This document shows positions 31,085-41,466 of a stretch of 64,000 nucleotides of DNA, one piece after another; position 1 is the first letter of the stretch, and every line of letters starts with the position of its first letter. Source of the stretch: Bacilli bacterium (GTDB taxonomy: Bacteria; Bacillota_I; Bacilli_A; ML615J-28; CAG-313); contig JBJEEE010000088.1 in NCBI GenBank assembly GCA_051872775.1, positions 2,762 to 66,761 on the forward strand. Reading direction: 5' to 3'. The translations under genes were made by a program, and so were the position numbers. The notes beneath the pieces were generated by a model, which ran no database searches, was not told where the DNA came from, and worked only from the letters and a program-made list of their open reading frames with translations.

Positions 31085-31233
31085 TTTTACACATCCTTTT
31101 TAGTTAGCCATACATTATAATTTATGTTTTTTTTCTACTTTATAGCACATTTTCTTGTTTTTTATTTAAAAATATGATATTATATACATAATGTATAATT
31201 ATATATAAATCAATATATAGAAAGGAGTACACT

Positions 31234-32658
31234 ATGAGATACCGTATCGAAAAGGATTCCTTAGGAGAATTAAAAGTCCCTGCAGAAGTATATTATGGAA
31301 TTCAGACCCTTCGTGGTAAAGATAACTTTGAAATTACCAAACGTGGCATATGTCGACAAATGATTAAATCATTAGTTATCGTTAAAAAGGCTGCCGCGAA
31401 AGCTAATCTTGATGCAGGATTACTCAATGAAAAAGTTGCAAAAGCTATTATGGCTGCTTGTGATGAAATATTAAATGGTCGTCTTCATGGACAATTTGTT
31501 ACTGATTTAATTCAAGGCGGAGCGGGTACTAGTATGAATATGAATGCTAATGAAGTAATCGCTAATCGTGCCGAAGAAATGTTAGGAGGTAATCGTGGTG
31601 AATATTTACTTGTTCATCCCCTTGACCATGTAAACTGCAGTCAATCAACAAATGATGTAATTCCAACTGCTGGTAAAATAGCTATTATCAAACAACTCAA
31701 AAAAACTATCGTAGAATTAAAAAAATTATATAACGCTCTTTTAGATAAAGGTAAAGAATTTGAAAATGTTATTAAGATTGGTAGAACCCATCTTCAAGAA
31801 GCCGTACCTATTACTTTAGGAAGAGAATTTACTGCATATGCGGGAGTATTAAGTCGTGATATTAAAAAACTTGAATTAAGTATTGACTATTTATCAGAAG
31901 TAAATATGGGCGCAACCGCTATTGGTACAAGTTTAAACGCTAATTCCAAATACTTAAAGAAAGTAGTATTTTATTTGACTAAGTTTTCAGGTGAGGAATT
32001 GCGTGGTGCTAAAGACTTAGTTGATGCTACACGTCATCTTGATAGTTTTAATTTTGCAAGTTCAATGTTAAAAATTACTGCTGTTGACCTATCTAAAATG
32101 GCCAGTGATTTACGACTTATGTCTTCTTTAGGTGAAATTAAACTTCCTTCGATTCAACCTGGTTCATCAATTATGCCAGGAAAGTTTAATCCTGTAGTAC
32201 CTGAAGTAGTAAATCAAGTAGCATTTTATATTATGGGACTTGATGTTACGGTAACTAATGCTGTTGAAGCTGGTCAACTTGAACTTAACGTCTTTATGCC
32301 TGTTATCTTGATGTCATTATTTGAAGAAATAACTACCCTTAGACGAGCAGTTCGTACCTTTAGATCAGCCGCAATCGAAGGACTTAGTGTTAATCCTGAT
32401 ATTGACCAAAAGATTGACGAACATAATGTCTCTTTAGCAACTGTACTTGCACCTCATATTGGCTATGACACTGCTTGTGAAATAATCCTAGAAGCCAATC
32501 AATCTCATTCATCAGTTAAAGAACTAGTAGTTCAAAAAAAGCTTCTTACTAAGGAGGAAGCTGACACCATTTTCAATCTTGAAGTTATGACTAAACCTGG
32601 AATTGTGGGAGAAGAACTAATGAAACAAAAGAAAGAAAAAGGTGATGAAAATGAATAA
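31234..32658 (+). CDS. aspA: Aspartate ammonia-lyase (class II fumarase/aspartase family; aspartase favoured)
   Basis: The GSSIMPGKFNP signature and QGGAGTSMNMNANEV (an aspartase-like B-loop) are present. The RBS is GAAAGGAG. FumC is not excluded. Confidence 0.65.
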   Translation: MRYRIEKDSLGELKVPAEVYYGIQTLRGKDNFEITKRGICRQMIKSLVIVKKAAAKANLDAGLLNEKVAKAIMAACDEILNGRLHGQFVTDLIQGGAGTSMNMNANEVIANRAEEMLGGNRGEYLLVHPLDHVNCSQSTNDVIPTAGKIAIIKQLKKTIVELKKLYNALLDKGKEFENVIKIGRTHLQEAVPITLGREFTAYAGVLSRDIKKLELSIDYLSEVNMGATAIGTSLNANSKYLKKVVFYLTKFSGEELRGAKDLVDATRHLDSFNFASSMLKITAVDLSKMASDLRLMSSLGEIKLPSIQPGSSIMPGKFNPVVPEVVNQVAFYIMGLDVTVTNAVEAGQLELNVFMPVILMSLFEEITTLRRAVRTFRSAAIEGLSVNPDIDQKIDEHNVSLATVLAPHIGYDTACEIILEANQSHSSVKELVVQKKLLTKEEADTIFNLEVMTKPGIVGEELMKQKKEKGDENE

Positions 32659-33484
32659 ACAAAAAAGTTTAAAAGACTTAAAGATATTTATTAGTGTAGA
32701 TATTGAAGGGACTTGTGGCATATCAAATTGGAAGGAAACTGAACTTGGTGAAGCTGAATATAATTATTTTCGTGATGAAATGATGAACGAAACAATTGCT
32801 TGTTGTGAAGAACTACTCAATATGGGTATTACAAATATAACCGTACGTGATGCTCATGATTCTGCTCGTAATATTATTCCATCACGTCTTCCCAAAGAAG
32901 TAACTTTGATTAGAGAGTGGACTAACGGACCTTGTGATATGATGGCAGGCCTTGATGAAACCTATGATGGCGTTATTTTCATTGGTTATCATTCTCCCGC
33001 AAGAAACATTGGCAACCCACTTTCTCATACCCTTACTACTTCTTTAGTTCATATCAAGATTAATGATAGTATTGTAAGTGAATATTTATTAAACACTTAT
33101 TATGCGCAAACACAGTTTAATGTTCCTGTTATTCTTGTTTGTGGTGATGATGCCTTAACTAAAATTGTTAAATCAGATAATCCTAATATCAAAATTGTTT
33201 CAACCAATGTTGGGCTTCATGGTGCAGTCATTACTAAACATCCAAGTCTTGTTTATGAAGATATTAAAAATCAAACTCGTAAAGCCATTGAAGGATTATT
33301 AAATGGTACTGATTATTTGGTTAAAGTTCCTAATGAATTTAGAACGCAAATTCAATTTAGAACACATGCTAAAGCTTATAAGGCTTCTTTTTTCCCTAAT
33401 GCTAAGTTTTTAAATAATGATCAAGCTGAGCATTACACGACCAATTTTTTGGAATCTTTAATCTTTATTATGTTTAATGAATAA
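32651..33484 (+). CDS. M55 family D-aminopeptidase (DppA-like)
   Basis: FISVDIEGTCGISNW ... VRDAHDSARN resembles the B. subtilis DppA N-terminus (SVDMEGISG...NDSH). The likely start is the ATG at 32651 after AAAGGTGAT. It overlaps the aspA 3' end. Confidence 0.6.
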   Translation: MNKQKSLKDLKIFISVDIEGTCGISNWKETELGEAEYNYFRDEMMNETIACCEELLNMGITNITVRDAHDSARNIIPSRLPKEVTLIREWTNGPCDMMAGLDETYDGVIFIGYHSPARNIGNPLSHTLTTSLVHIKINDSIVSEYLLNTYYAQTQFNVPVILVCGDDALTKIVKSDNPNIKIVSTNVGLHGAVITKHPSLVYEDIKNQTRKAIEGLLNGTDYLVKVPNEFRTQIQFRTHAKAYKASFFPNAKFLNNDQAEHYTTNFLESLIFIMFNE

Positions 33485-33487
33485 TAA

Positions 33488-33540
33488 AAGACTGAATAGT
33501 GAAATTGATTAGATTTCATTATCCAGTCTTTTTTTATAAA
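33488..33540. terminator. Hairpin with a T-run between the convergent M55 gene and galU
   Basis: AAAGACTG ... CAGTCTTTTTTT with a nested TGAAAT/ATTTCA stem. Confidence 0.45.
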
Positions 33541-33564
33541 CTTTAACATTTAGTATCGTTTTTA

Positions 33565-34434
33565 TTATTTATTAATCATTTTTCTTATGAACTTTTCGAT
33601 ATCATCTTTTATTTTTTCTTCTTTTAGAGCAAAGGCAATACTTGCTTTCACATATCCTGCGTGATCTCCTACATCAAAACGTGTTCCGTTGAAATCAATT
33701 GCATAGACATGCTCTTCTTGAAGAGCATCAATGAATGCATCTGTTAATTGTACTTCATGAACACCATCATATGGTTTACGTTTTAAATAGTCAAAAACGT
33801 TACTTCTTAAAATATATCGTCCCACTCCCGCAAAATTTGATGGAGGGTTTTCTTTTGGTTTTTCAATCATTCCGTTAACTAACATAATTTTAGATACATC
33901 ATTTATACTAACGATTCCGTACTTATGTGTTTCTTCCCAAGGGACTTGCTTTACACCAATATAATATGCCGGATTATGATTATAGGAATCTATTAAATCT
34001 TTAATTCCATAGTTTTCTTCTTGTTCTTTCATTACTAAATCATCGCCTAGTAGTAAAGCAAAATCTTCATCTTTAAGGAGATTTTCACAACATAGTAAAG
34101 CATCGCCTAATCCTTTAGGACTAGGTTGAACAACAAATGTTATCGTAATATCTCTTAGCAGTTGATCAAGTTCATCAATCTCTTTGTTTCTTGATTTCAA
34201 ATCATCATAATACTTACTATTTAAATCAAAATAATCTTTAATACTTGATTGTGATTCGCTTATTACAATAATTATATCTTTAATTCCTGCATTAACTACT
34301 TCTTCAATTAAATATTGAATTGTTGGTTTGTTGATAATAGGAAACATTGTTTTTAATACACCTTTTGTTACTGGTAAGAATCTTGTTCCCTTTCCAGCAA
34401 CCGGTATAACTGCTTTAGTTATCTTTTTATTCAT
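33565..34434 (-). CDS. galU: UTP--glucose-1-phosphate uridylyltransferase
   Basis: The N-terminus KAVIPVAGKGTRFLPVTKGVLKTMFPIINKPTIQYLIEE is the canonical GalU N-terminus. The RBS is AGAGGT. Confidence 0.85.
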   Translation of the reverse strand: MNKKITKAVIPVAGKGTRFLPVTKGVLKTMFPIINKPTIQYLIEEVVNAGIKDIIIVISESQSSIKDYFDLNSKYYDDLKSRNKEIDELDQLLRDITITFVVQPSPKGLGDALLCCENLLKDEDFALLLGDDLVMKEQEENYGIKDLIDSYNHNPAYYIGVKQVPWEETHKYGIVSINDVSKIMLVNGMIEKPKENPPSNFAGVGRYILRSNVFDYLKRKPYDGVHEVQLTDAFIDALQEEHVYAIDFNGTRFDVGDHAGYVKASIAFALKEEKIKDDIEKFIRKMINK

Positions 34435-34593
34435 TTTATACCTCTATTTCTTATCATATAATATTTATCAATTGATAAAATTTGTAAAGTACTATTATTT
34501 TACATTATTAAAATATTTTGTCAAGTAAAGAACTATGAAACACATTATTTAATATAATTATTAAATATAGTTATTTGCTTGATAATATAAAAA

Positions 34594-34642
34594 CCCTATT
34601 TGGTAGTTTGTAATAACGATTATTGACAAACTAATAAATAGG
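34594..34642. terminator. Long imperfect hairpin downstream of the LRR gene
   Basis: CCCTATTTGGTAGTTTGT ... ACAAACTAATAAATAGGG forms an 18-bp stem with 2 mismatches, flanked by T-rich sequence. Confidence 0.45.
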
Positions 34643-34655
34643 GTATATTTTATTT

Positions 34656-37600
34656 TTATTCTTGATAGCCCCAAACTACAGTGATATCAGTTGAATTCCA
34701 ACCATCAACCCAACCATCTGGTTTAGATGCGGCGGCACATTTAATTGTTTTTAATTCCGTACAACCAACAAAGATAGCTCTTGCAATTGTAGTTACACTT
34801 GATGGAATTACGATATCAACTAAATTTGTACATCCGTTAAAAGCATTTAGATTAATAGTTGTAATTGTATTAGGCATATTAATCTTAGTAACTGTTGTAG
34901 CATTAACAAAGGCATTAGAAGCAATACTTACTACAGTGTATTCGACTTCATTAACGTTAACAGTTTGAGGTATAGTTACTTCGTTTGCGCTACCATTATA
35001 GTTAACAACTTCTGCTTGGTTTGTATCAGCAGCTCCATCTACACCTTTAATTGTTTCAACAGTGATATACATATCATCAATGACTACGAATTCACCACTT
35101 ACTTTACGACTACCTACTAATTGATCAAAGTTTTGTGCCCATGTAGCTGGTAATGTATATGATACTGTTCCATCTGAACCAGCAGTAGCAGTAATTGCGT
35201 TAGTTAATAATACCGCTAATGATAAGTTAGCAAAAGCGTTAGAACCAACATTTACAACTGTTTCAGGAATATAAACAAAGTTAAGACGTGCACATCCTTC
35301 AAAGGCTTTTGAACCAATGGTTTCTACTAATTCAGGAATAATTAATTTAGTAAATGAAGATGACTGACAATTGTAGAATGCGGAAGCACCAATTACTTCA
35401 AGAGTTGAAGGAAGAATAAAATTAGCAATACTTCTACATCCTTCAAAGGCACTTTCACCAATCTCAACTAAGTTAGCTGGGAAGTTTACATCAACTAAGG
35501 AAGTACATGATTTAAAGATACCTTTTGGAAGAACTGTAATTAAACTTGGGATAGTTACTGCTGTAACACTTGCACATCCTTCAAAAGCACTTTCCCCAAT
35601 GTATGTGATTTTTTCACTTAATGGAAGTTCCGTAACACAAGCACAACCATTGAAGGCACTCTCTTCAATTACTTCTATATTATCTACATTATTTACAGAT
35701 ACTAACGAACTGCATTTTTCAAACATTCTAGTTGGAATTGTCTTTGTTGATGAAGGAAGAGTAACTGTTTGAAGACGAGAGCAATTATAGAATAATCCTT
35801 CAGGAAGTTCTGTAATACTATTAGAAATTACAACTTCTTTTAGATTATTTGCACCACTAAAGGCATATGGATTAATAGTTTCGACAGAACTTGCAATTGT
35901 GTAACTTTCTTTTGAATCACCGGCAACATATAGCATTAATACCTTACCATCTTTAGATAAAAGAGCACCGTTTTCCAATTTGTATTTTGGATGATCATCA
36001 GAAATTGATAATGTTTGAAGTGATGACCAATTACGGAATGCACCTACGCCGATAGTTTCTACTGCTTGAGGAATACTAATACTTTTTACTTTGTTACAAT
36101 CTGCAAATGCATAGTCACCAATATATTTGATTGATGATGGAAGAGACAACTCTTGAATACCTGTGCAACCTGAGAATGCTCGTTTACCAATAGATTCTAA
36201 TTTATTTGATTCAGTATCAAATACAACAGTAGTTAATGATTGACAATTGATAAAGGCATTATCACCAATTGATTCTAATTCAGCGTTGAAAGTAATACTT
36301 GTTAAATATACAACATTGATAAAGGCAGCATCATGAATCTTAGTTCCTTTTAACACTGTTACTTCAAGCGTCTCTGGATTTTCTCCACCTAAAATACAAT
36401 CAAATGATGGATTATCAGCTTCTTCTTTATTTCCTACATAAGGAATAGTAAGTGATTGTAAATTAGTACAACTTACAATTGCTTGTTCTGAAATTTCAAG
36501 AACAGTTGCAGGAATAACTAAATTAGTTAATGAACGACAATCCGTAAATGCACCAGCATGAATATATTTAACTTCAGCAGGAATTACAAAACTTGATACA
36601 GTACTTGCGGATAAATATTGAACAAGTTCTGACATATCCTTCGTATATAATACTAAAGATGAGTATTTTTTTGAACCTTCAGTGATTTCGTTTACTACAA
36701 ATTTATAACTTGGATTATCTTCACTTATGATTACTTTCTTTAAAGCACGGCAATTATCAAATACTTTATCACCAATCGAAGTAACATTGGAGAAATCTGC
36801 TGATGTTAATGCTGTACATCCCGCAAAAGTACGATCTTCAATTGTAGTTACACCTGTTGGAATAACAACTGAAGTAAGTTTAGCACAATTCATAAATGCA
36901 GCTTCGCCAAGCGATTCAAGATTTGTAGGTAATACAAAACCAGCAAGTTTTGAACATCCCTTGAAAGCATATGATCCTATTCTTTTAACATTGTTAGAGA
37001 TGTTAACAGTAATTATTGAAGAACAATCAACAAAAGCAAAATTAGGAATATCATAATCGCCTGCAATTGTTATTTGCGTTAAGCTTCTTGGTACATTGTT
37101 ACTATTATTGCTTGAATTTGTAGAACCAAAGATATATCCAAATAAAGTAGTTTTATTAAATACATATTCACCTTGTTGGTCTTTTACTAGTTCGCCTGTT
37201 CCTTTATCAACTGTAAAACCAGTACCGATAAATGGTAAACTTATACTCTTAAGTCCACTGCATCCTTCAAAGGCACCAGCACCGATACTCTTTACAGTAG
37301 TTGGAACAACTATATTGGCAAGGCTTGTGCATCTTGCAAAAGCTGAGCCTTCAATAATTTCAACAGATGGTGATAATAATTGAGAAACTATGCTATCTGT
37401 TAATGAACTACATCCTGCAAAAGCATTTTGTGAAATCTTAGTTAAATTAGTAGGAATATTATTAATCGTAGCAAGTTTTGCACAACCTGAGAAAGCATCA
37501 TTTCCAATATTATTTATTGATGAAGGAAGTGTAATTGTAGTTACAAACTCTAAATCTTTAAAAGCTTTTTCAACTATCTTTTCTCCACCAGTTATTTCTA

Positions 37601-38528
37601 TTCTTGTTAGTGTTTCAGGAATAGTTCCAAATACACTCATAAACACTGTATTACTATTCATTGAAGTACCTACAAACGGAACGGAAATTGATTTTAAACT
37701 AGTACATCCAATAAAAGCATTTAAGCCAATTTCTTTTACAGTATTTGGAATTACAAGGTTTTCTATACTATCTGCAGCAAAGAAAGCACTACTATGAATT
37801 TTGCTAACACTTGAATCTACAGTGAAATCTGAAATATAAGTTTTTAATACAACGATGATTTCTTTTGTTCCATCTTCATTATTTAAGTAAAGAACACCAT
37901 TGTCGCAACTAAATAATGTCGAATTAGTTGCTATTTCTAATTCATCTAATTGATCACAACCAGTAAATACACCTTCACCAAATGATTGGATACTTGATGG
38001 GAAATAAAGTGTGCTTATAGCTGTATCCGCAAAAGCTTTATTGCCGATTGTTTCAATACCTTCTTTTAAATCGATTTCTTCAAGTGAAGAACAACCCGAA
38101 AAAGCATTATCTTCAATGGTCTTTACTGATGAAGGAATCACTACTTTTTCTAATCTCATGCAATCTTCAAAAGCACCATAACTTATTTTTTCTAATGTAT
38201 TAGGAAGTTTAACTTCCTTTAGATTAACACAAGATTTAAATGAATAACGGGCAATATTTTTAATTTTACTACCACTCTCAAATGATACTTTAGTAATAGT
38301 TGAATTGTTTTCAAAGGCACCATTACCAATTAAGGTTATTTCTTTTGGTATTACAACTTCTTTATCAGTACCATTATAAACTAATAAAGTTTTTCCCGTT
38401 GCATCTGTTTGAAATGTAGGTATAACTGTTTTTTTATTAACAACTGTAACTAACAAAATTACTGCTACCGCAATTATTAATATGATAACTCCCCATGCAA
38501 TCAAACTTTTTACTGTTTTTTTATTCAT
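34656..38528 (-). CDS. BspA-type leucine-rich-repeat (LRR_5) surface protein with an N-terminal signal anchor
   Basis: The protein is 1,290 aa. An N-terminal TM segment (LIAWGVIILIIAVAVILLV) is followed by dozens of repeats of the form IPxSVxxIGxxAFxGCxSLxxI. There is no LPxTG motif. The RBS is AAGGAG. Confidence 0.8.
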   Translation of the reverse strand: MNKKTVKSLIAWGVIILIIAVAVILLVTVVNKKTVIPTFQTDATGKTLLVYNGTDKEVVIPKEITLIGNGAFENNSTITKVSFESGSKIKNIARYSFKSCVNLKEVKLPNTLEKISYGAFEDCMRLEKVVIPSSVKTIEDNAFSGCSSLEEIDLKEGIETIGNKAFADTAISTLYFPSSIQSFGEGVFTGCDQLDELEIATNSTLFSCDNGVLYLNNEDGTKEIIVVLKTYISDFTVDSSVSKIHSSAFFAADSIENLVIPNTVKEIGLNAFIGCTSLKSISVPFVGTSMNSNTVFMSVFGTIPETLTRIEITGGEKIVEKAFKDLEFVTTITLPSSINNIGNDAFSGCAKLATINNIPTNLTKISQNAFAGCSSLTDSIVSQLLSPSVEIIEGSAFARCTSLANIVVPTTVKSIGAGAFEGCSGLKSISLPFIGTGFTVDKGTGELVKDQQGEYVFNKTTLFGYIFGSTNSSNNSNNVPRSLTQITIAGDYDIPNFAFVDCSSIITVNISNNVKRIGSYAFKGCSKLAGFVLPTNLESLGEAAFMNCAKLTSVVIPTGVTTIEDRTFAGCTALTSADFSNVTSIGDKVFDNCRALKKVIISEDNPSYKFVVNEITEGSKKYSSLVLYTKDMSELVQYLSASTVSSFVIPAEVKYIHAGAFTDCRSLTNLVIPATVLEISEQAIVSCTNLQSLTIPYVGNKEEADNPSFDCILGGENPETLEVTVLKGTKIHDAAFINVVYLTSITFNAELESIGDNAFINCQSLTTVVFDTESNKLESIGKRAFSGCTGIQELSLPSSIKYIGDYAFADCNKVKSISIPQAVETIGVGAFRNWSSLQTLSISDDHPKYKLENGALLSKDGKVLMLYVAGDSKESYTIASSVETINPYAFSGANNLKEVVISNSITELPEGLFYNCSRLQTVTLPSSTKTIPTRMFEKCSSLVSVNNVDNIEVIEESAFNGCACVTELPLSEKITYIGESAFEGCASVTAVTIPSLITVLPKGIFKSCTSLVDVNFPANLVEIGESAFEGCRSIANFILPSTLEVIGASAFYNCQSSSFTKLIIPELVETIGSKAFEGCARLNFVYIPETVVNVGSNAFANLSLAVLLTNAITATAGSDGTVSYTLPATWAQNFDQLVGSRKVSGEFVVIDDMYITVETIKGVDGAADTNQAEVVNYNGSANEVTIPQTVNVNEVEYTVVSIASNAFVNATTVTKINMPNTITTINLNAFNGCTNLVDIVIPSSVTTIARAIFVGCTELKTIKCAAASKPDGWVDGWNSTDITVVWGYQE

Positions 38529-38673
38529 ATTTTTTACTCCTTTACAATTGTATTAATTCTATTCAACTCTATTTTTTACCTATACTTATTATTACAAAAA
38601 TAATCAAAAAAATCAAGAGATTAGTTCAATAAAATTTATTAAATTCATTAACAATTTTTTACAATTATATAAA

Positions 38674-38892
38674 TTATTGTTTATTATGCATTATTTGTCT
38701 TATTTGCTTAATCAAATTATAAAATCCAAGTGGGAAAATAATTATACTAATATAGCCAATTACTACAATTAAGTGTTTGAAAAAAGGATACTTATTAACA
38801 TATACAACTAAAAAGTATAAACATACATATAATAAGAAGCCTAATATTGTGAGTAGAATCCATCCGATTAATTTCATTGTATTTTTCATCAT
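38674..38892 (-). CDS. Small two-TM membrane protein, translationally coupled to the upstream gene
   Basis: The protein is 72 aa with two hydrophobic helices. Its start overlaps the stop of the 659-aa gene in an ATGA arrangement. Confidence 0.4.
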   Translation of the reverse strand: MMKNTMKLIGWILLTILGFLLYVCLYFLVVYVNKYPFFKHLIVVIGYISIIIFPLGFYNLIKQIRQIMHNKQ

Positions 38893-40862
38893 TGACCACT
38901 TTCATATCTAACTTCGATAAATTCACTATAGATAATTTCTGACATTCCATCTTTCGTTAGATTAACAACTATATCTGAAGTATGATCATTGTAATATTCA
39001 ACATTGGTATGAACATTATATTCTGTACTCCTTAAGTTTAAGTTCAACACTTGGCCATAATAATTAGTCATCTCTACACCGGTATCATTAGCATTAATGG
39101 TGCTTTCCCTAATATTAATATCAACTATAGCCGTTGAAGCTTTATTGATTGTAAAATCTAACGTTTTCGCATCAATGCCATTTAATGATACATTACATGA
39201 ATTAGAATTAATTTTAAGATTAGTGTCATAAGTTCTTGTATTTACTAAATCATTATAATGTATTATATATTGTTGATATGTTTCATCAAATTTATTTATT
39301 TGATCATCACTATACACTTTATTTATATATTCACAAATGATTTGACCACTTTTTCCAATCAAAGAGATTTGAGGACTTGACATATATGAGATAGTCTGAT
39401 GTGACGACCCCGAAGACTCGATTTCTACCGAATCATTAAATATACTTCTGGTAATCTTAAATGACGCTGTATTTTGGACTTTAAAAACACCTTTATCAAA
39501 CGTCAAATCATAAACTTCATTTAGTGATGTTGAAGTTTGATAATTAAGTGTATTACCCGTAATTCTTTCTAGATATATCGTACCTGAATTATTGGCGAAT
39601 GTATAATCTGCAATTTTTTCATCTACAAGCTTAACGTTACTTGAACCATTTTGATGGACGAACTTATTTATATTATCTTCCGACATAACAAGAATGCCAG
39701 ATTGGTGATTTAATTCTAAACTATTTATCTGATTTCCTTTTGATATAATTGAACTTGAATCGCTATTAATACTTACATCGCCATATAGTTTATTTTCATT
39801 TAAACTAATGGAAGCGTTAATTGTTTTAATTTCCGTATGTCCATTAGATGAAAACTTGTCTAAGACGATTTTTCCATAATTAACATCAATTAATGTATCA
39901 CTTATTTCAAAAGTAGACGGTAGCATTACACGAATCACCGCACGTGGAGATTTTAATAAACCTATAAAATCATATGTTTTATCTTTTTCAATATTGATTG
40001 TTAGTTTATTATCTAAAACGTTATAATCTAGGTTTAAAAACTCGTATTCAAATTCAATTTGTGGTGTAGTTAAACTATCATTAGTCATTAAAATAACGTA
40101 AGCATTATTTCCGTTTATAGTAATATTATTGAATGATTGGTCTACAATATAAACATCTTTATTGCTATTGATATCATTGACGGAACGATAAACTCTACCT
40201 TTAGTAGCATAACTTGTAATACCAAAAATCAAGAAAACACAGAGCATACCCACAAGAACTTTAAATAAAATATTTTTCCTTTTAGATATTTTATTTAAAC
40301 ATCCATTAATGGTGAAATGCAAAAACTTATGGTCTTTTCCTCTTGTCTTTTCTATAGAATTTAAGATTTTAGCTATTAATGAATTAATTACTATCAAGAA
40401 TAAATCGATAATGTATATATATAGACTTAGAACAATCAAAATATAATATAAGACAAAAATAAAACTAATAACTACATCTAAAGTATTTGAAAACTTAAAG
40501 ACACCACCAAGCAAAGTAAACATATTTACGATGATAGTAATAATAAAAGCACTACCAACAACAAATATTAATGTGCTTGCAAGGATTGCGAAAGAAAAAA
40601 TAATAATATTAAAAATATTTTTTAATTTAGATATCTGCTTACGCTTAGCTAGATAATCTATACCATGCATTTCATATATACCCTTAGCTATTTCCTTAGG
40701 AGATTTCATCTCGGAAATTACTTTTTCTTCATCAGCGCCGTAGTCAACTTCAACATTAACTTTATCACGATAATGTTTGAGAATTTCATTAACTTGCTTA
40801 GCTGGTAAGAAACGGAGTTCTTCTGAAAGTTCATATAGAAACTCTTTTAAAGTTGACAACAC
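38889..40862 (-). CDS. DUF1700 (HAAS)-TM-DUF4097 (putative adhesin/Toastrack beta-helix) envelope protein
   Basis: The N-terminus LKEFLYELSEELRFLPAKQVNEILKHYRD...GADEEKVISEMKSPKEIAKGIYE matches the DUF1700 pattern (LP..ER...Y.EHF...G.SEEEI...LGSPKEIA). It is followed by 3-4 TM helices and then about 430 aa of N/S/T-rich beta repeats typical of DUF4097. The start is ambiguous: GTG/TTG at 40859-40868, preceded by AAAGGAAG. Confidence 0.6.
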   Translation of the reverse strand: MLSTLKEFLYELSEELRFLPAKQVNEILKHYRDKVNVEVDYGADEEKVISEMKSPKEIAKGIYEMHGIDYLAKRKQISKLKNIFNIIIFSFAILASTLIFVVGSAFIITIIVNMFTLLGGVFKFSNTLDVVISFIFVLYYILIVLSLYIYIIDLFLIVINSLIAKILNSIEKTRGKDHKFLHFTINGCLNKISKRKNILFKVLVGMLCVFLIFGITSYATKGRVYRSVNDINSNKDVYIVDQSFNNITINGNNAYVILMTNDSLTTPQIEFEYEFLNLDYNVLDNKLTINIEKDKTYDFIGLLKSPRAVIRVMLPSTFEISDTLIDVNYGKIVLDKFSSNGHTEIKTINASISLNENKLYGDVSINSDSSSIISKGNQINSLELNHQSGILVMSEDNINKFVHQNGSSNVKLVDEKIADYTFANNSGTIYLERITGNTLNYQTSTSLNEVYDLTFDKGVFKVQNTASFKITRSIFNDSVEIESSGSSHQTISYMSSPQISLIGKSGQIICEYINKVYSDDQINKFDETYQQYIIHYNDLVNTRTYDTNLKINSNSCNVSLNGIDAKTLDFTINKASTAIVDINIRESTINANDTGVEMTNYYGQVLNLNLRSTEYNVHTNVEYYNDHTSDIVVNLTKDGMSEIIYSEFIEVRYESGQ

Positions 40863-40972
40863 AATCACTTCCTTTATTTCTTATTATACCATATTTTAAT
40901 AAATATATAAAATGTAATACATTAAAAAAATAAACAATTGCTATATGCATCCACTTGTTTATTATATATCAA

Positions 40973-41466
40973 TTATATTACAATAATTTTTAAAAGATAA
41001 AGCGCATATCTTGTGATATACGCTTTTCTATTATGGGCGACCTGGTCGAGATCCTCCAGGTCCGGTATTTGTAGAAGTACCAACTGGCCGATTAAAGTTT
41101 CGTCTACTATCATTGTTATCTGATCTTCGATATCAAGGGTAAACTCTTTATGTGTTGTTTTAGCTATCATTTAAATGCGTGTGATACTTCCTTAATACTT
41201 TCTGATAATGAGAGCTCATCTTTTTGACACGTTAGATTGTCTTCTTCCATCTTTGATAAAAAACAATACACTCCGTAAGTTGTGATAAACGCAATACTTG
41301 CTTTTCGATTATTTCAGCCCATTCATTTTGTCCAGATTCCATCTCTATTACTTCACAGGTAGACTTGATAACTGATAGTGGAGTTTTAATTTCATGACTT
41401 GCGTCTGTAATAAAATATTTTTGTTTTTGATAAACTTAATTCATCTTCCACAAGTAATATTCGCAT
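40973..41466 (-). pseudogene. Degraded two-component system: a response-regulator N-terminus fused and frameshifted into histidine-kinase HisKA/HATPase fragments
   Basis: On the minus strand, GAGGTGATACA-ATG opens MRILLVEDELSLSKTKIFYYRRKS*, a receiver-domain start cut short after 24 aa. The overlapping frame reads HEIKTPLSVIKSTCEVIEMESGQNEWAEIIEKQVLRLSQLTECIVFYQRWKKTI*, which contains an H-box (HEIKTPLSV). Multiple stops and frame changes follow, and the 65-aa ORF 40973..41170 looks like an HATPase remnant. Confidence 0.6.

Noticed and set aside
34681-37797. Plus-strand ORFs of 95-135 aa inside the LRR gene
   Set aside because: These are antisense to the repetitive LRR coding sequence. The repeat structure keeps the antisense frames open.
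40973-41170. 65-aa ORF called as a standalone gene
   Set aside because: It has no RBS and a TAA stop immediately upstream in-frame. Its content looks like a histidine-kinase ATPase-domain remnant. It is treated as part of the TCS pseudogene.
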